Shown here piece after piece: positions 1 through 10,301 of a stretch of 64,000 nucleotides of DNA. Position 1 is the first letter of the stretch. Each line of letters opens with the position of its first letter. Origin of the DNA: Clostridia bacterium (GTDB taxonomy: Bacteria > Bacillota > Clostridia > UMGS1840); contig JAZUBQ010000008.1 in NCBI GenBank assembly GCA_045638525.1, forward strand, positions 13,233-77,232. Reading direction: 5' to 3'. The position numbers and the translations under genes are program-made. Under the pieces are notes generated by a model. It did not search any database. It had not been told where the DNA came from and saw nothing but the letters and a program-made list of their open reading frames with translations.

Positions 1-803
1 TCGACAGTGAACCCGACAGTTGGAATATGTCGCCGGTTGCGTTGGAAAAAGCTTTCCGGAAATATCCCAATCCCAAAGCCATTGTGGTTGTGAATTTATA
101 CGGTCAGTCTGCCGATTATGACCAAATTTTAAAAATTGCCAACGAACATAATGTTCCCGTTGTGGAAGATGCGGCAGAGAGCCTGGGTGCCACCTACAAA
201 GGGAAAATGACCGGTACCATTGGTGATTTTGGGGTATTGTCGTTTAACGGTAATAAAATTATCACCACTTCGGGTGGTGGAATGCTTCTTTGTAAAACCA
301 AAGAAGAAAAAGAAAAAATTGTAAAATGGATTACCCAGTCTCGTGACCCGGCTCGTCATTATCAGCATACAGAGCTTGGCTTTAATTACAGAATGTCCAA
401 CATTTGTGCCGGAATCGGCCGTGGTCAGTTGACTGCTTTGGACGAGCGTGTGGCAAAGAAAACCGAGATTTTTCATACTTATCAAGAAGCGTTTTCAGCA
501 TTACCGGTGGATATGATGCCTGTGTGTGACTATGGGGTTCCCAATTTCTGGCTTTCTTGTATGACTGTTCGGGGAATGGATCCCGTGAAGCTGATGGAAG
601 CACTGGAAGCAGAAAACATTGAGTCTCGTCCCATTTGGAAACCCATGCATCTGCAACCCTTCTATCAGGATTGTGACTATTTTATGCACGATGGTGATGT
701 TTCCAAAGAAATTTTTGAAACGGGAATCTGTTTGCCTTCCGATACCAAAATGACCGAAGAAGAGCAGAATCGCGTTATCCAGATTATCAAAGCTCAATTC
801 TAA
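1..803 (+). CDS. DegT/DnrJ/EryC1/StrS-family PLP-dependent sugar aminotransferase (3' part; gene starts upstream of window)
   Basis: The frame is open from nt 3 (DSEPDSWNM...), so the Met at 27 is internal. Family motifs: [29 protein letters not shown] (Schiff-base Lys region), GFNYRMSN. It is followed by PglC-like and PglD-like genes. Confidence 0.85.
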   Translation, partial: DSEPDSWNMSPVALEKAFRKYPNPKAIVVVNLYGQSADYDQILKIANEHNVPVVEDAAESLGATYKGKMTGTIGDFGVLSFNGNKIITTSGGGMLLCKTKEEKEKIVKWITQSRDPARHYQHTELGFNYRMSNICAGIGRGQLTALDERVAKKTEIFHTYQEAFSALPVDMMPVCDYGVPNFWLSCMTVRGMDPVKLMEALEAENIESRPIWKPMHLQPFYQDCDYFMHDGDVSKEIFETGICLPSDTKMTEEEQNRVIQIIKAQF

Positions 804-816
804 AAGGAGTAAAAAA

Positions 817-1434
817 ATGTATCGTAAATTCGGAAAACGATTTTTGGATATCATTTGTTCTTTGTTGGCACTTGTGGTGTTTTGCTGGTTATACCTCATT
901 GTTGCGTTACTGGTGGCAATCTTTTTGGGAAGACCGGTGTTCTTTACACAAGAGCGTCCCGGCAAAGATGAAAAAATATTTAAACTCTATAAATTCCGCA
1001 CCATGACCGACAAACGGGACGAAAATGGAAATCTGCTTCCCGATGAGGTGCGTTTGACCAAATTCGGAAAGTTTCTTCGTGCCACCAGTTTGGATGAGCT
1101 TCCCGAAGCCATCAATATTTTAAAAGGGGATATGTCTATCATCGGTCCAAGACCGCTTTTGGTGCAGTATCTGCCGTTATACAACGAAGAACAAAAGCAT
1201 CGTCACGATGTTCGCCCCGGTCTTTCGGGTTTGGCGCAGGTGAACGGCAGAAACGCCATCACTTGGGAAGAAAAGTTTCAACTGGATGTGGAATATGTCA
1301 GAAACATCACCTTTTTTGGAGATGTGAAAATCATTTTTCTGACTGTATGGAAAGCCTTTGCAAAGCAGGAAGGCATCAATCAGGACGGGGCTGCTACGAT
1401 GGAGCCTTTTAAAGGAAGTAAACAAGATGCATAA
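817..1434 (+). CDS. Small monotopic phosphoglycosyl transferase (bacterial sugar transferase, PglC/EpsL-like); initiating enzyme
   Basis: 205 aa with an N-terminal hydrophobic re-entrant helix, then [45 protein letters not shown] lies upstream of the ATG. Confidence 0.9.
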   Translation: MYRKFGKRFLDIICSLLALVVFCWLYLIVALLVAIFLGRPVFFTQERPGKDEKIFKLYKFRTMTDKRDENGNLLPDEVRLTKFGKFLRATSLDELPEAINILKGDMSIIGPRPLLVQYLPLYNEEQKHRHDVRPGLSGLAQVNGRNAITWEEKFQLDVEYVRNITFFGDVKIIFLTVWKAFAKQEGINQDGAATMEPFKGSKQDA

Positions 1435-2038
1435 AGATGTGATAATCATAGGCGCCGGCGGACACGCCAAGGTGATTGCCGACATTGTGAGAAAATCAGG
1501 AGATAACTTGATTGGATTTTTAGATGACACCAAAGAAGTCGGAAGCGAATTTTTTGATGCCTTTGTTTTAGGAAAAACCGATGCGTATTCTGAGTTTTCG
1601 GAGAAAGAATTTATCATTGCCATCGGAAATAATTCCATTCGGGAACAAATTGCCAACAAAATGCAAGATGCCACCTTTTATACTGCCATTCATCCCACTG
1701 CGGTGATTGCGGAAGGGGTGACAATCGGAACAGGCAGTTGCGTGATGGCAAATGCGGTCTTAAATGCAGATGCCAAAGTTGGAAAACATTGCATTATTAA
1801 CACAGCTTCGGTGGTGGAGCATGATAATACGCTTTCTGATTATGTGCATATTTCTCCCGTAGCGGCTTTGGCAGGTACGGTGAGTGTGGGGGAAAGAACC
1901 CACGTTGGTGTTGGTGCCAAAGTGAAGAATAATACGGAAATTTGTGCTGATGTTATTGTTGGTGCAGGTGCCGTAGTTGTGAAAAATATTACCCGGGCAG
2001 GAACCTACATCGGTGTTCCTGCAAGAAAGGTGAACTAA
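1427..2038 (+). CDS. NeuD/PglD/EpsM-family sugar N-acetyltransferase (left-handed beta-helix)
   Basis: Starts [16 protein letters not shown] (Rossmann-like N-domain) followed by hexapeptide repeats (IGTGSCV..., VGAGAVV...). The ATG at 1427 overlaps the upstream stop by 8 nt, so the ORF-track start at 1358 is rejected. Confidence 0.85.
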   Translation: MHKDVIIIGAGGHAKVIADIVRKSGDNLIGFLDDTKEVGSEFFDAFVLGKTDAYSEFSEKEFIIAIGNNSIREQIANKMQDATFYTAIHPTAVIAEGVTIGTGSCVMANAVLNADAKVGKHCIINTASVVEHDNTLSDYVHISPVAALAGTVSVGERTHVGVGAKVKNNTEICADVIVGAGAVVVKNITRAGTYIGVPARKVN

Positions 2039-2041
2039 TCC

Positions 2042-3133
2042 ATGAAAAAAGTATTGATTCTTGCCAATCTGGATATGGGGCTTTATAATTTTCGTAAAGA
2101 ACTGTTGGAACGGCTGATTTCTGACGGTTATGAAGTGCATATTTCTTTGCCGATGGGACCCAGAGTGAAAGATATGGAGCAAATGGGTTGTCACTATATT
2201 GAAACCCCTGTAGACCGACGGGGAATGAATCCCATAGCGGATTTGAAATTGTTTTTCGAATATGAAAAAATACTCAAACAAGTAAAACCTGACGTGGTGT
2301 TAACCTACACCATCAAGCCAAATATTTATGGCGGACTTGCCTGCCGCATGGCAAAGGTTCCCTTCCTTTCTAACATTACGGGATTGGGTTCAGCCGTACA
2401 TAACGGTGGCATCGTGGCAAAACTTTTGATGATGTTATACCGTATGTCGGCAAAATATGCAAGCTGTCTGTTCTTTCAGAACAGTCAGAATCTGGAATTT
2501 TTTAAAGAGCAAAAAGCGATTGCCAACAATCATGTTCTCCTCCCTGGTTCCGGCGTGAATATTTTTGATTATACCTATCAGGACTATCCGTCGGAAAATG
2601 AACCCATTTCGTTCTTGTTTATCGGCAGACTGATGCGGGATAAAGGAGTGGGAGAACTGGTGCAGGCAGCCAGAAATATCCGAAAAGATTATCCCGAAAT
2701 CACCTTTGATTTGGTTGGTTTTTGTGAAGAAGAATATAAGCAAATCTTTGAGGAGTTAAATGAAGGTAATGTAGTAAACCCGTTGGGACAGCAACAAAAT
2801 GTGAAAGAATTTATCAAAAATCATTCTGCGACTGTGCTTCCTTCTTATCACGAAGGAACCGCAAATGTGCTTTTGGAAAGTGCTGCTTCGGGGCGTCCCT
2901 GCATTGCAAGTAAAATCCCGGGATGTATGGAATTGATTGATGACGGCAGCACGGGTTATGTGTTTGAAGCAAAGAGCGTTTCCGCATTGGAAGAAGCATT
3001 TCGCAAATTTATCAGTCTGTCTTATGAAGAACGACGTGAGATGGGCGTTTTAGGACGGTTAAAAATGGAGCGGGAGTATGACCGCAAAATTATTATAGAT
3101 CACTACTTACGAGAAATCGGGAAGGTGGAATAA
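2042..3133 (+). CDS. GT4-family glycosyltransferase (Glycos_transf_1 fold)
   Basis: 363 aa. The C-terminal half carries the EX7E-type region (PSYHEGTANVLLESAASGRPCIAS...GSTGYVF). The N-terminus resembles PglA/WbuB-like GT4 enzymes. Confidence 0.85.
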   Translation: MKKVLILANLDMGLYNFRKELLERLISDGYEVHISLPMGPRVKDMEQMGCHYIETPVDRRGMNPIADLKLFFEYEKILKQVKPDVVLTYTIKPNIYGGLACRMAKVPFLSNITGLGSAVHNGGIVAKLLMMLYRMSAKYASCLFFQNSQNLEFFKEQKAIANNHVLLPGSGVNIFDYTYQDYPSENEPISFLFIGRLMRDKGVGELVQAARNIRKDYPEITFDLVGFCEEEYKQIFEELNEGNVVNPLGQQQNVKEFIKNHSATVLPSYHEGTANVLLESAASGRPCIASKIPGCMELIDDGSTGYVFEAKSVSALEEAFRKFISLSYEERREMGVLGRLKMEREYDRKIIIDHYLREIGKVE

Positions 3134-3135
3134 CA

Positions 3136-4455
3136 ATGAATTTATATGAAAAAATTGTCAATCGTCAGGAAAAAATTTCTCTGATTGGTTTAGGTTATGT
3201 GGGAATGCCTATTGCAGTTGCTTTTGCAAACAAAGTGGATGTCATCGGTTTTGACTTAAACAAAGCAAAAATTGAACTGTATCAGCAGGGGATTGACCCC
3301 ACAAAAGAAGTTGGGAATGAAGCAATTCAAAATACAACGGTGGAATTTACTGCTGACCCCAAAAAGCTGCAGGAAGCAAAATTTCACATTGTGGCAGTAC
3401 CCACTCCCGTAAATTCGGATCATACACCTGATTTGACACCTGTGGAAGGTGCCAGCAGAATCTTGGGGCAGAATCTGACCAAAGGTTCTGTTGTGGTGTT
3501 TGAAAGCACCGTATATCCGGGTGTTACCGAAGAAGTTTGTGTGCCGATTTTGGAAAAAGAAAGCGGATTGAAATGCGGTGTTGATTTTAAAATCGGATAT
3601 TCTCCCGAGAGAATCAATCCCGGTGATAAAGTTCACAGATTGGAAACTATTGTGAAGATTGTTTCCGGTATGGATGAAGAAACTTTGGATACCGTTGCCA
3701 AAGTGTATGAACTGGTGGTAGAAGCAGGTGTTCATCGTGCCGAAAGCATTAAAGTTGCCGAAGCAGCAAAGGTAATTGAAAACTCTCAGCGTGATATTAA
3801 CATCGCATTTATGAATGAATTATCCATCATTTTTAACAAAATGGGTATTGATACCAAAGCAGTTTTGGAAGCTGCAGGAACCAAATGGAATTTCTTGAAA
3901 TTCTTCCCCGGTCTGGTTGGCGGTCATTGTATCGGTGTGGACCCTTATTATCTCACCTATAAGGCTGAACAACTGGGCTATCACAGTAAGATTATTTTGT
4001 CCGGCCGTACCATCAATGATGACATGGGCAAATACGTGGCGGAAAATATCATCAAAAACTTAATTCGTGCCGATGTTTCCATCAAACACGCAAAAGTGGC
4101 GTTGTTTGGATTCACTTTTAAAGAAAATTGCCCGGATACCCGTAACACCCGTGTGATTGATATTATGAACGAATTGAAAGAATATGACGTGGTGCCTATG
4201 GTGTATGACCCGGTGGCAGACAAAGCGGAAGCTTTGCACGAATACGGCATTTCTTTCTGTGAGCTGTCTGACATTCGTGATGTGGACTGCGTGATTATTG
4301 CAGTAGGCCACGAAGAATTTATGAAAATGAATTTGTCAGATTTTGATCAATTCTTTAAAGATGTTCCCAACAATCAAAAAGTGTTGGTGGATATCAAGGG
4401 TGTATTAGACAGAAAAGAAGCAGAAGGTTTAGATTATAACTATTGGAGATTATAA
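3136..4455 (+). CDS. Nucleotide-sugar 6-dehydrogenase, TviB/WbpO/CapL-like (UDP-HexNAc dehydrogenase)
   Basis: N-terminal NAD fold ISLIGLGYVGMPIAVAF; catalytic-Cys region GLVGGHCIGVDPYY; 439 aa, typical of UDP-GlcNAc/ManNAc dehydrogenases. RBS GAAGGTGGA. Confidence 0.85.
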   Translation: MNLYEKIVNRQEKISLIGLGYVGMPIAVAFANKVDVIGFDLNKAKIELYQQGIDPTKEVGNEAIQNTTVEFTADPKKLQEAKFHIVAVPTPVNSDHTPDLTPVEGASRILGQNLTKGSVVVFESTVYPGVTEEVCVPILEKESGLKCGVDFKIGYSPERINPGDKVHRLETIVKIVSGMDEETLDTVAKVYELVVEAGVHRAESIKVAEAAKVIENSQRDINIAFMNELSIIFNKMGIDTKAVLEAAGTKWNFLKFFPGLVGGHCIGVDPYYLTYKAEQLGYHSKIILSGRTINDDMGKYVAENIIKNLIRADVSIKHAKVALFGFTFKENCPDTRNTRVIDIMNELKEYDVVPMVYDPVADKAEALHEYGISFCELSDIRDVDCVIIAVGHEEFMKMNLSDFDQFFKDVPNNQKVLVDIKGVLDRKEAEGLDYNYWRL

Positions 4456-4459
4456 AATT

Positions 4460-5434
4460 ATGGGTTACAAGGATTTGAAATTTTCCGAAAATTCTCGGTT
4501 TTTGGTAACAGGTGGAGCAGGCTTTATCGGCTCTAACATTTGTGAAGCAATTCTTAATATGGGCTTTTTTGTTCGTTGTCTGGACGATTTTTCTACCGGA
4601 AAACGGGAAAATATTGCGCCATTTCTCCAAAACCCAAATTTTGAATTATTAGAAGGGGATATCCGGGATTTGGACACTTGTATGAAGGCCTGCGATGGAA
4701 TTGATTATGTCTCTCATCAGGCAGCTTGGGGAAGTGTTCCCAGAAGCATTGAAATGCCGCTCTTGTATGAAGAAATCAACATTCGCGGTACTTTAAATAT
4801 GCTGGAAGCGGCACGGCAGAAGGGCGTGAAAAAGTTTGTATATGCGTCCAGTTCCTCGGTTTACGGAGATGAGCCCAATCTTCCCAAAACCGAAGAACGG
4901 GTGGGCAAAGTGCTGTCTCCTTATGCTTTAACTAAGAAAACCAATGAGGAATATGCCCGTCTTTATACCAGATTGTATGGACTGGAAACGGTTGGATTCC
5001 GTTATTTTAACGTATTTGGTCGCCGTCAGGATCCACACGGATACTATGCGGCAGTGATTCCGAAATTTGTGAAAGCGCTGTTAAATGATGAAGCGCCCAC
5101 CATCAACGGTGACGGAAAACAGTCCCGTGACTTTACCTATATTGAAAACGTAATTGAAGCAAATTTAAAAGGTATGCTCTCCGGTTCAGATGCCGCAGGA
5201 GAAGCCTTTAATGTAGCATACGGCGGTCAGGAATATCTGATTGATTTATATTATAAACTTTGTGAATTGTTAGGGAAAAATATCGAACCCAATTTTGGTC
5301 CCGACCGTGCCGGCGATATCAAACATTCCAATGCAGATATCTCTAAAGCAAGAAAACTGTTGGGCTATGCACCTGATTATGATTTCAGCCAGGGCATTGC
5401 GTTGGCTGTGGATTGGTATCGCGAAAATCTATAA
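4460..5434 (+). CDS. NAD-dependent SDR epimerase, TviC/WbpP-like (UDP-HexNAc(A) 4-epimerase)
   Basis: FLVTGGAGFIGSN glycine-rich motif and the YxxxK region SPYALTKK. It is paired directly with the TviB-like dehydrogenase. Confidence 0.8.
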   Translation: MGYKDLKFSENSRFLVTGGAGFIGSNICEAILNMGFFVRCLDDFSTGKRENIAPFLQNPNFELLEGDIRDLDTCMKACDGIDYVSHQAAWGSVPRSIEMPLLYEEINIRGTLNMLEAARQKGVKKFVYASSSSVYGDEPNLPKTEERVGKVLSPYALTKKTNEEYARLYTRLYGLETVGFRYFNVFGRRQDPHGYYAAVIPKFVKALLNDEAPTINGDGKQSRDFTYIENVIEANLKGMLSGSDAAGEAFNVAYGGQEYLIDLYYKLCELLGKNIEPNFGPDRAGDIKHSNADISKARKLLGYAPDYDFSQGIALAVDWYRENL

Positions 5435-5456
5435 TAAACTTTAAAATGAGGACTAC

Positions 5457-6569
5457 ATGACTGCATATGTTTTTATGATTGTCTTCTGGTTGGCGGGATA
5501 CTATTTTATGGTCTATCGCCCCGGGAGTAAGCCTTCTTGTGAAGATAGGATGGAAAAGAAAAAGAGACAATATCTTATCTTTTCCGGCGTAGTGCTGTTT
5601 TTAGTGATGGGACTTCGTCATAAATATGTTGGTATTGACACCACCCGATATCTGGACCGATATCGTAGCAGTGCGAAGTTGGATTGGAGTAGTTTTTCGG
5701 TAACAAGCGGCTGGATTCGCGATGAAATGGGATTCACTTTGGTTGGGAAACTGCTGAGTGTGTTAGGCGTCGGGAATCAGACGTATCTGTTGTTGTATGC
5801 ACTGTTTATTTCGGTTTGTATCACCCATTTGATTTCCAAATGGTGCAAAAATTTCTTTTGGGGATTTTATTTCCATACAACCATCGGACTGTTTACCATG
5901 TCAATGTCGGGGATGCGGCAATCCATCGCCTGTTGTATCTGTTGGTTGGCAACGGACTATATTTTAAAGAAAAAGCCTATACGGTTTGCTCTTTTGGTGC
6001 TTTTGGCATCCACCTTTCATCAGTCTGCGATTTTCTTTCTGGCATTTTATTTTTTCGGATATTTTAAAATCCGCAAAGGCGGCGGATGGCTTCTTTGGTT
6101 TGTTTGTTTGAGTGTTCTCTTTTTACGACCGCTGCTGGTCCAGCTTCTTTCCAATTGGATGCCGGAAAAATATGCAATTTACGGGATGATTAGTGACAAA
6201 TATCCCATCAATCCCATTTTGGTTGGGGTTGCGTTGTTAATTCCGATGTTTTGTTTGTTCTTCTGGGATCGGCGAAAAGTTCTCACATCGGCGGAAGAAG
6301 CAAGATATTCGCTTTGCTTTTTTGGTTCTTTTTTATATGCGGTGATTTTGATTATGTCGCTTTCGTCCAATATGATCGGACGAATGAGCCAGTATTTTTA
6401 TTTGTTTAATGTAGTGCTTTTGTGTAATGTCATTGCAGACATCAAAGATTATAAAACCCGATATCTTATATTTTTATTTGCACTTTTGTTGCCGGGATAT
6501 ATGTTTTTTAAATCCCAAAGTCTGGGGATTGCTCCCTATTATTTCTTTTGGCAGACATACGGAACATAA
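5457..6569 (+). CDS. EpsG-family polytopic membrane protein (putative Wzy-type polymerase), copy 1
   Basis: 370 aa and multi-TM, with typical EpsG strings (GLRHKYVGIDTTRY, TIGLFTMSMSGMRQSIACCI, ASTFHQSAIFF). RBS GAGGA. Confidence 0.75.
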   Translation: MTAYVFMIVFWLAGYYFMVYRPGSKPSCEDRMEKKKRQYLIFSGVVLFLVMGLRHKYVGIDTTRYLDRYRSSAKLDWSSFSVTSGWIRDEMGFTLVGKLLSVLGVGNQTYLLLYALFISVCITHLISKWCKNFFWGFYFHTTIGLFTMSMSGMRQSIACCICWLATDYILKKKPIRFALLVLLASTFHQSAIFFLAFYFFGYFKIRKGGGWLLWFVCLSVLFLRPLLVQLLSNWMPEKYAIYGMISDKYPINPILVGVALLIPMFCLFFWDRRKVLTSAEEARYSLCFFGSFLYAVILIMSLSSNMIGRMSQYFYLFNVVLLCNVIADIKDYKTRYLIFLFALLLPGYMFFKSQSLGIAPYYFFWQTYGT

Positions 6570-6613
6570 CAGAAGCAGTCTGATGACAATCGATTTTATA
6601 AAGAGGTTAGCGT

Positions 6614-7720
6614 ATGACACCTTATGTATTTATGATTTTAGTATGGTTGATAGCATTTTACTATCTGCTGTATCAGGACAATAAAATATCGGAAGAAGGC
6701 TTGGAAAAGAGACGTAAATTTTTTATTTGGATTTCAGGCTTTACTTTGTTTGTGATTATGGGCTTTCGTCATCAACTGGTTGGGATTGATACCCCTCGTT
6801 ATTTGAGCCGATACCATGCGTCTGCTTTCTACGATTGGGAGTATTTCACACAATGGGATATCTGGCTGGAAAAAGAGCTTGGCTTTACGCTGATTGGGAA
6901 GCTTTTGTATACTCTTCATGTGCCTGATGAAATTTACTTAATGCTATATGGCTTGTTTGTTGCCGTTTGTATGTCACGACTGATTTATAGATGGTGCAAA
7001 AATCCATTCTGGGGTTTTTATCTGCACACAACCATCGGACTCTTTACCATGTCTATGTCCGGAATTCGTCAGTCCATTGCCTGCTGTATATGTTGGTTGG
7101 GGATTGACTATATTTTAGAGAAAAAACCGATGAAGTTCTTCTTGATGGTATTGTTGGCTTCTACTTTTCATCAGTCTGCAATTTTCTTTGTGGTATTTTA
7201 TTTTGCAAGATATATTAAAATTAAAAAGCTAAGCGGATGGATTATTTCAGGCTTTTCGGTTGCCTGCATTGTGTTAAGGCCGGTTTTGATTCCACTTTTG
7301 TCTTATGTTATGCCTACCAAATACGAAGTATACGGCTTGGTAAGTGATAAGCATCAGGTAAATCCACTGTTGGTAGCGGTTGCACTTTTAATTCCGATGT
7401 TTTGTCTGTTCTTCTGGGAACGCAGAAAAATCAAGGATGAAGCTCACGAGAAGTTTCTTTCTCTTTGTTTTACCGGCTCATTTTTTTATGGTATCATTCA
7501 GGTATTATCGATGTCTTCCAATATGATTGGGCGTATGAATCAGTATTTTTACATTTTCAATGTAGTGCTTTTAGGAAATATTATCACAGAAATCGAAGAC
7601 AGAAATACTCGTTATGTGGCATCGGCATTTGCGCTTCTGTTGCCAGGTTATATGTTTTTTAAGTCCCAGAGTCTCGGGATTTCGCCATATTATTTCTTTT
7701 GGCAAATCTATGGTTCGTAA
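6614..7720 (+). CDS. EpsG-family polytopic membrane protein (putative Wzy-type polymerase), copy 2
   Basis: 368 aa, colinear with copy 1 and sharing long identical blocks (TTIGLFTMSMSG.RQSIACCICWL, LLASTFHQSAIFF, LLPGYMFFKSQSLGI.PYYFFWQ). Confidence 0.75.
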   Translation: MTPYVFMILVWLIAFYYLLYQDNKISEEGLEKRRKFFIWISGFTLFVIMGFRHQLVGIDTPRYLSRYHASAFYDWEYFTQWDIWLEKELGFTLIGKLLYTLHVPDEIYLMLYGLFVAVCMSRLIYRWCKNPFWGFYLHTTIGLFTMSMSGIRQSIACCICWLGIDYILEKKPMKFFLMVLLASTFHQSAIFFVVFYFARYIKIKKLSGWIISGFSVACIVLRPVLIPLLSYVMPTKYEVYGLVSDKHQVNPLLVAVALLIPMFCLFFWERRKIKDEAHEKFLSLCFTGSFFYGIIQVLSMSSNMIGRMNQYFYIFNVVLLGNIITEIEDRNTRYVASAFALLLPGYMFFKSQSLGISPYYFFWQIYGS

Positions 7721-7735
7721 AGGTTGGAAGTTGGC

Positions 7736-8995
7736 ATGAATATTCTATGGATTTTAAATTCTCCCATTGGTAGTATTTCCGAAGCATTGCAGTTAAGCCG
7801 TGCTCAAAGCGGTACCTGGATTGATGGTGCGATGGAATCATTGTTGGAAGCAGATGGTGATGTGAAGCTCACCATTCTTACCACCACAAAAATCAAGGAA
7901 ACCCGCCGTAAAACAGAAGGTAGGGTGGAGTATGTTTGCCTGAACTTGGGCAGATGCTCCCGTGGAAAAAGCACCTCGAAGGAAAAACTTGACGTTTGGG
8001 TTTCGGAAATAAAAAAAATCAATCCCGATTTGATTCACATATGGGGAACCGAATATTCCATCGGTTACGATTTGGCAAAAGAAATCAAAAATATTCCCAT
8101 TGTGTATCGAATTCAGGGGGCTATCAATTCCATCAGTAAATATCCGAACGGACATTTGTCTGTTCGCAAAATGAAACAGGAACTTTCTTTTTTTGATGGT
8201 TTAAAAGCCAATAAATATGACAAAGATTCTCGTTTTATGGAAAAACAGGCGGAACTGGAGCTTCGTATGATTGAAAAATCTGCCGCCATTTTTTCGGATA
8301 ATGAATGGGCACTGATGCAATATCAGATGAAAATGCCAAAGCTTCCCGTTTATTTTGATAAATTACCTATCAGAAGCGTATTTTTTGAAAAAAGCTGGAG
8401 CCTGCAAGATGCCAAGCCACACAGTTTATTCTGTCTGGCGGGGCGTACGGCGTATAAGGGACTTCATCAGGCGATTGAGGCAGTCAATCTGTTAAAAGAA
8501 GAATATCCCGATATTTTATTGCAGATTCCCGGAAGCATTGCTTCCCGAAATCCAAGATGGTTGTTTGAACCAACGTATATTACGTATTTGAAAAAACTGA
8601 TTCAAAAATACGGCTTAGAGAACAATGTGAAATTTTTGGGAGCCTTGTCTTCCGAACAAATGGCAGAGTATATGACAAAAAGTCACGTATTTATTATGCC
8701 TTCGGTCATTGAAAACGAATCGGCAACCTTACGAGAGGCGATGACCTTGGGAATGCCTGTAGTATCTGCTTTTGCAGGGGATATTTATGAAACCATAGTC
8801 CATAAACAAAACGGACTGTTGTATCGCTATGAGGAATATGAACTCTTAGCGTATCATATCAAAACATTGTTTTTGGATTCGGATTTTGCCGTATCACTGG
8901 GGCAAAATGCTTCCAGATTTATCAGACAGGAATATGAAAATCAGAATTACGGCAAAACCCTTGTGGGGATTTATCATAAGGTTTTAGAATCATAA
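7736..8995 (+). CDS. GT4-family glycosyltransferase
   Basis: The C-terminal Glycos_transf_1 region (IMPSVIENESATLREAMTLGMPVVSAF...QNGLLY) is present. The ATG at 7736 (MNILWILN) has GGAAG 5 nt upstream; 7724 is an alternative start. Confidence 0.75.
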   Translation: MNILWILNSPIGSISEALQLSRAQSGTWIDGAMESLLEADGDVKLTILTTTKIKETRRKTEGRVEYVCLNLGRCSRGKSTSKEKLDVWVSEIKKINPDLIHIWGTEYSIGYDLAKEIKNIPIVYRIQGAINSISKYPNGHLSVRKMKQELSFFDGLKANKYDKDSRFMEKQAELELRMIEKSAAIFSDNEWALMQYQMKMPKLPVYFDKLPIRSVFFEKSWSLQDAKPHSLFCLAGRTAYKGLHQAIEAVNLLKEEYPDILLQIPGSIASRNPRWLFEPTYITYLKKLIQKYGLENNVKFLGALSSEQMAEYMTKSHVFIMPSVIENESATLREAMTLGMPVVSAFAGDIYETIVHKQNGLLYRYEEYELLAYHIKTLFLDSDFAVSLGQNASRFIRQEYENQNYGKTLVGIYHKVLES

Positions 8996-9022
8996 TTTTG
9001 ACAGAGAAGGGAGGAATAGCGT

Positions 9023-10192
9023 TTGAAACTTACATTTTACAGTAATGTAATGAGTCATCATCAGAAACCATTTTGCGAAGAAATGTATCAAAAACTGGGG
9101 GATTCCTTTCGGTTTGTAGTTATGAAAGACATTAAAGAGGAGCGGAAAAAACTAGGCTATTCCACCTATGAGGGGGAAAACATTCCCTATCTTATCAACG
9201 TAAGTTGCAGCAAAGAAAACTACGAATTGGCAAAACAGCTTGCCATTGACAGCGATGTGGTTATTTTTGGGTCGGGGCATCCCGAATTGCTTCGGGAAAG
9301 AATTTCTCAAAACAAACTGACATTTTTATATACCGAACGTTTATTTAAGCGGGGCAGATTGTCTTTACTTCGCCCGGATATTAAAAAAAATCTGCAGATT
9401 CGTTATCAGGTACCGGCTAAGAACTCCAATTTTTATATGTTGTCTGCCAGTTCATTTACGCCATATGATTTAAGTTTGTTGCATTGCTTTGAAAAAAAAT
9501 GCTATCGTTGGGGATATTTCCCTGCATTTTTGAGCTATCCCAAAGGGGAATTATCTGCCAGAAAGAAACACGAGATTCCGCAGATTCTGTGGGTAGGGCG
9601 TATGATTGATTGGAAACGTACCATTGATGCGATCAAAGTAGCAAAAAAGCTTCATGACAATGGTTATCAATTTCAATTTCAAGTGATTGGAACCGGTGTT
9701 CTGGAAGAAAAACTAAAAGCATATGTGAAAAAAAACAAGTTGGAAAACTGTATTACGTTTTTGGGTTCTATGCCTCCCGAAAAGGTGAGAGACCATATGG
9801 AAAAAGCAAACATTTTCCTCTTTACTTCCACGAAGCGTGAAGGGTGGGGAGCTGTTTTGAATGAAGCAATGAACAGCGGCTGTGTTTGTGTGACAAACAG
9901 TGTTATCGGAGCCGCGCCCTATCTGATAAAAGATGGGGAAAACGGTTTGTTATATCGGAATGTTTTCGATTTTTATCAAAAAGTCAAACTACTTTTGGAC
10001 CATCCTGAACGTTGGGAGACGATGAGTCAAAAGGCATATCAAAGTATGGAGAGAGAATGGAATGTATCTTGTGCGGCAGAACGGTTTTTACTGTCTGCCA
10101 ATGCACTGCTTTCGGGAGAAACAATCCCCGAATATCAAAACGGTCCCATGAGCTTGGCGCCGGTCATCAAAAATAATTGGTACAAAGGATGA
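9023..10192 (+). CDS. Glycosyltransferase (GT4/Glycos_transf_1-like)
   Basis: The TTG start is preceded by GGGAGGA. C-terminal motif FLFTSTKREGWGAVLNEAMNSGCVCVT...GENGLLY. Confidence 0.7.
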   Translation: MKLTFYSNVMSHHQKPFCEEMYQKLGDSFRFVVMKDIKEERKKLGYSTYEGENIPYLINVSCSKENYELAKQLAIDSDVVIFGSGHPELLRERISQNKLTFLYTERLFKRGRLSLLRPDIKKNLQIRYQVPAKNSNFYMLSASSFTPYDLSLLHCFEKKCYRWGYFPAFLSYPKGELSARKKHEIPQILWVGRMIDWKRTIDAIKVAKKLHDNGYQFQFQVIGTGVLEEKLKAYVKKNKLENCITFLGSMPPEKVRDHMEKANIFLFTSTKREGWGAVLNEAMNSGCVCVTNSVIGAAPYLIKDGENGLLYRNVFDFYQKVKLLLDHPERWETMSQKAYQSMEREWNVSCAAERFLLSANALLSGETIPEYQNGPMSLAPVIKNNWYKG

Positions 10193-10197
10193 GTGTT

Positions 10198-10257
10198 ATG
10201 CAAACCTATAAAATCGGTGAATATGATATCAAAGAAGTTCAGGCGGTTATGCTGTAG
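10198..10257 (+). pseudogene. Relic 5' end of a licD-like gene (19 codons then stop)
   Basis: Encodes MQTYKIGEYDIKEVQAVML*. This matches the N-terminus of the downstream LicD copy at 14935 (MSEYKIGEYDITEIQAVMLEIL) at 15 of 19 residues, with clear nucleotide similarity. Confidence 0.55.
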
Positions 10258-10301
10258 GATTGTTTATAGAATTCACACAAGTGGAAAACAGAGGGGATAG
10301 T

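Noticed and set aside
5816-6067. Alternative-frame ORFs inside the EpsG genes (5816-6067, 6427-6684, 7465-7662).
   Set aside because: They are embedded in well-supported membrane-protein frames, have no RBS, and arise from T-rich codon composition.
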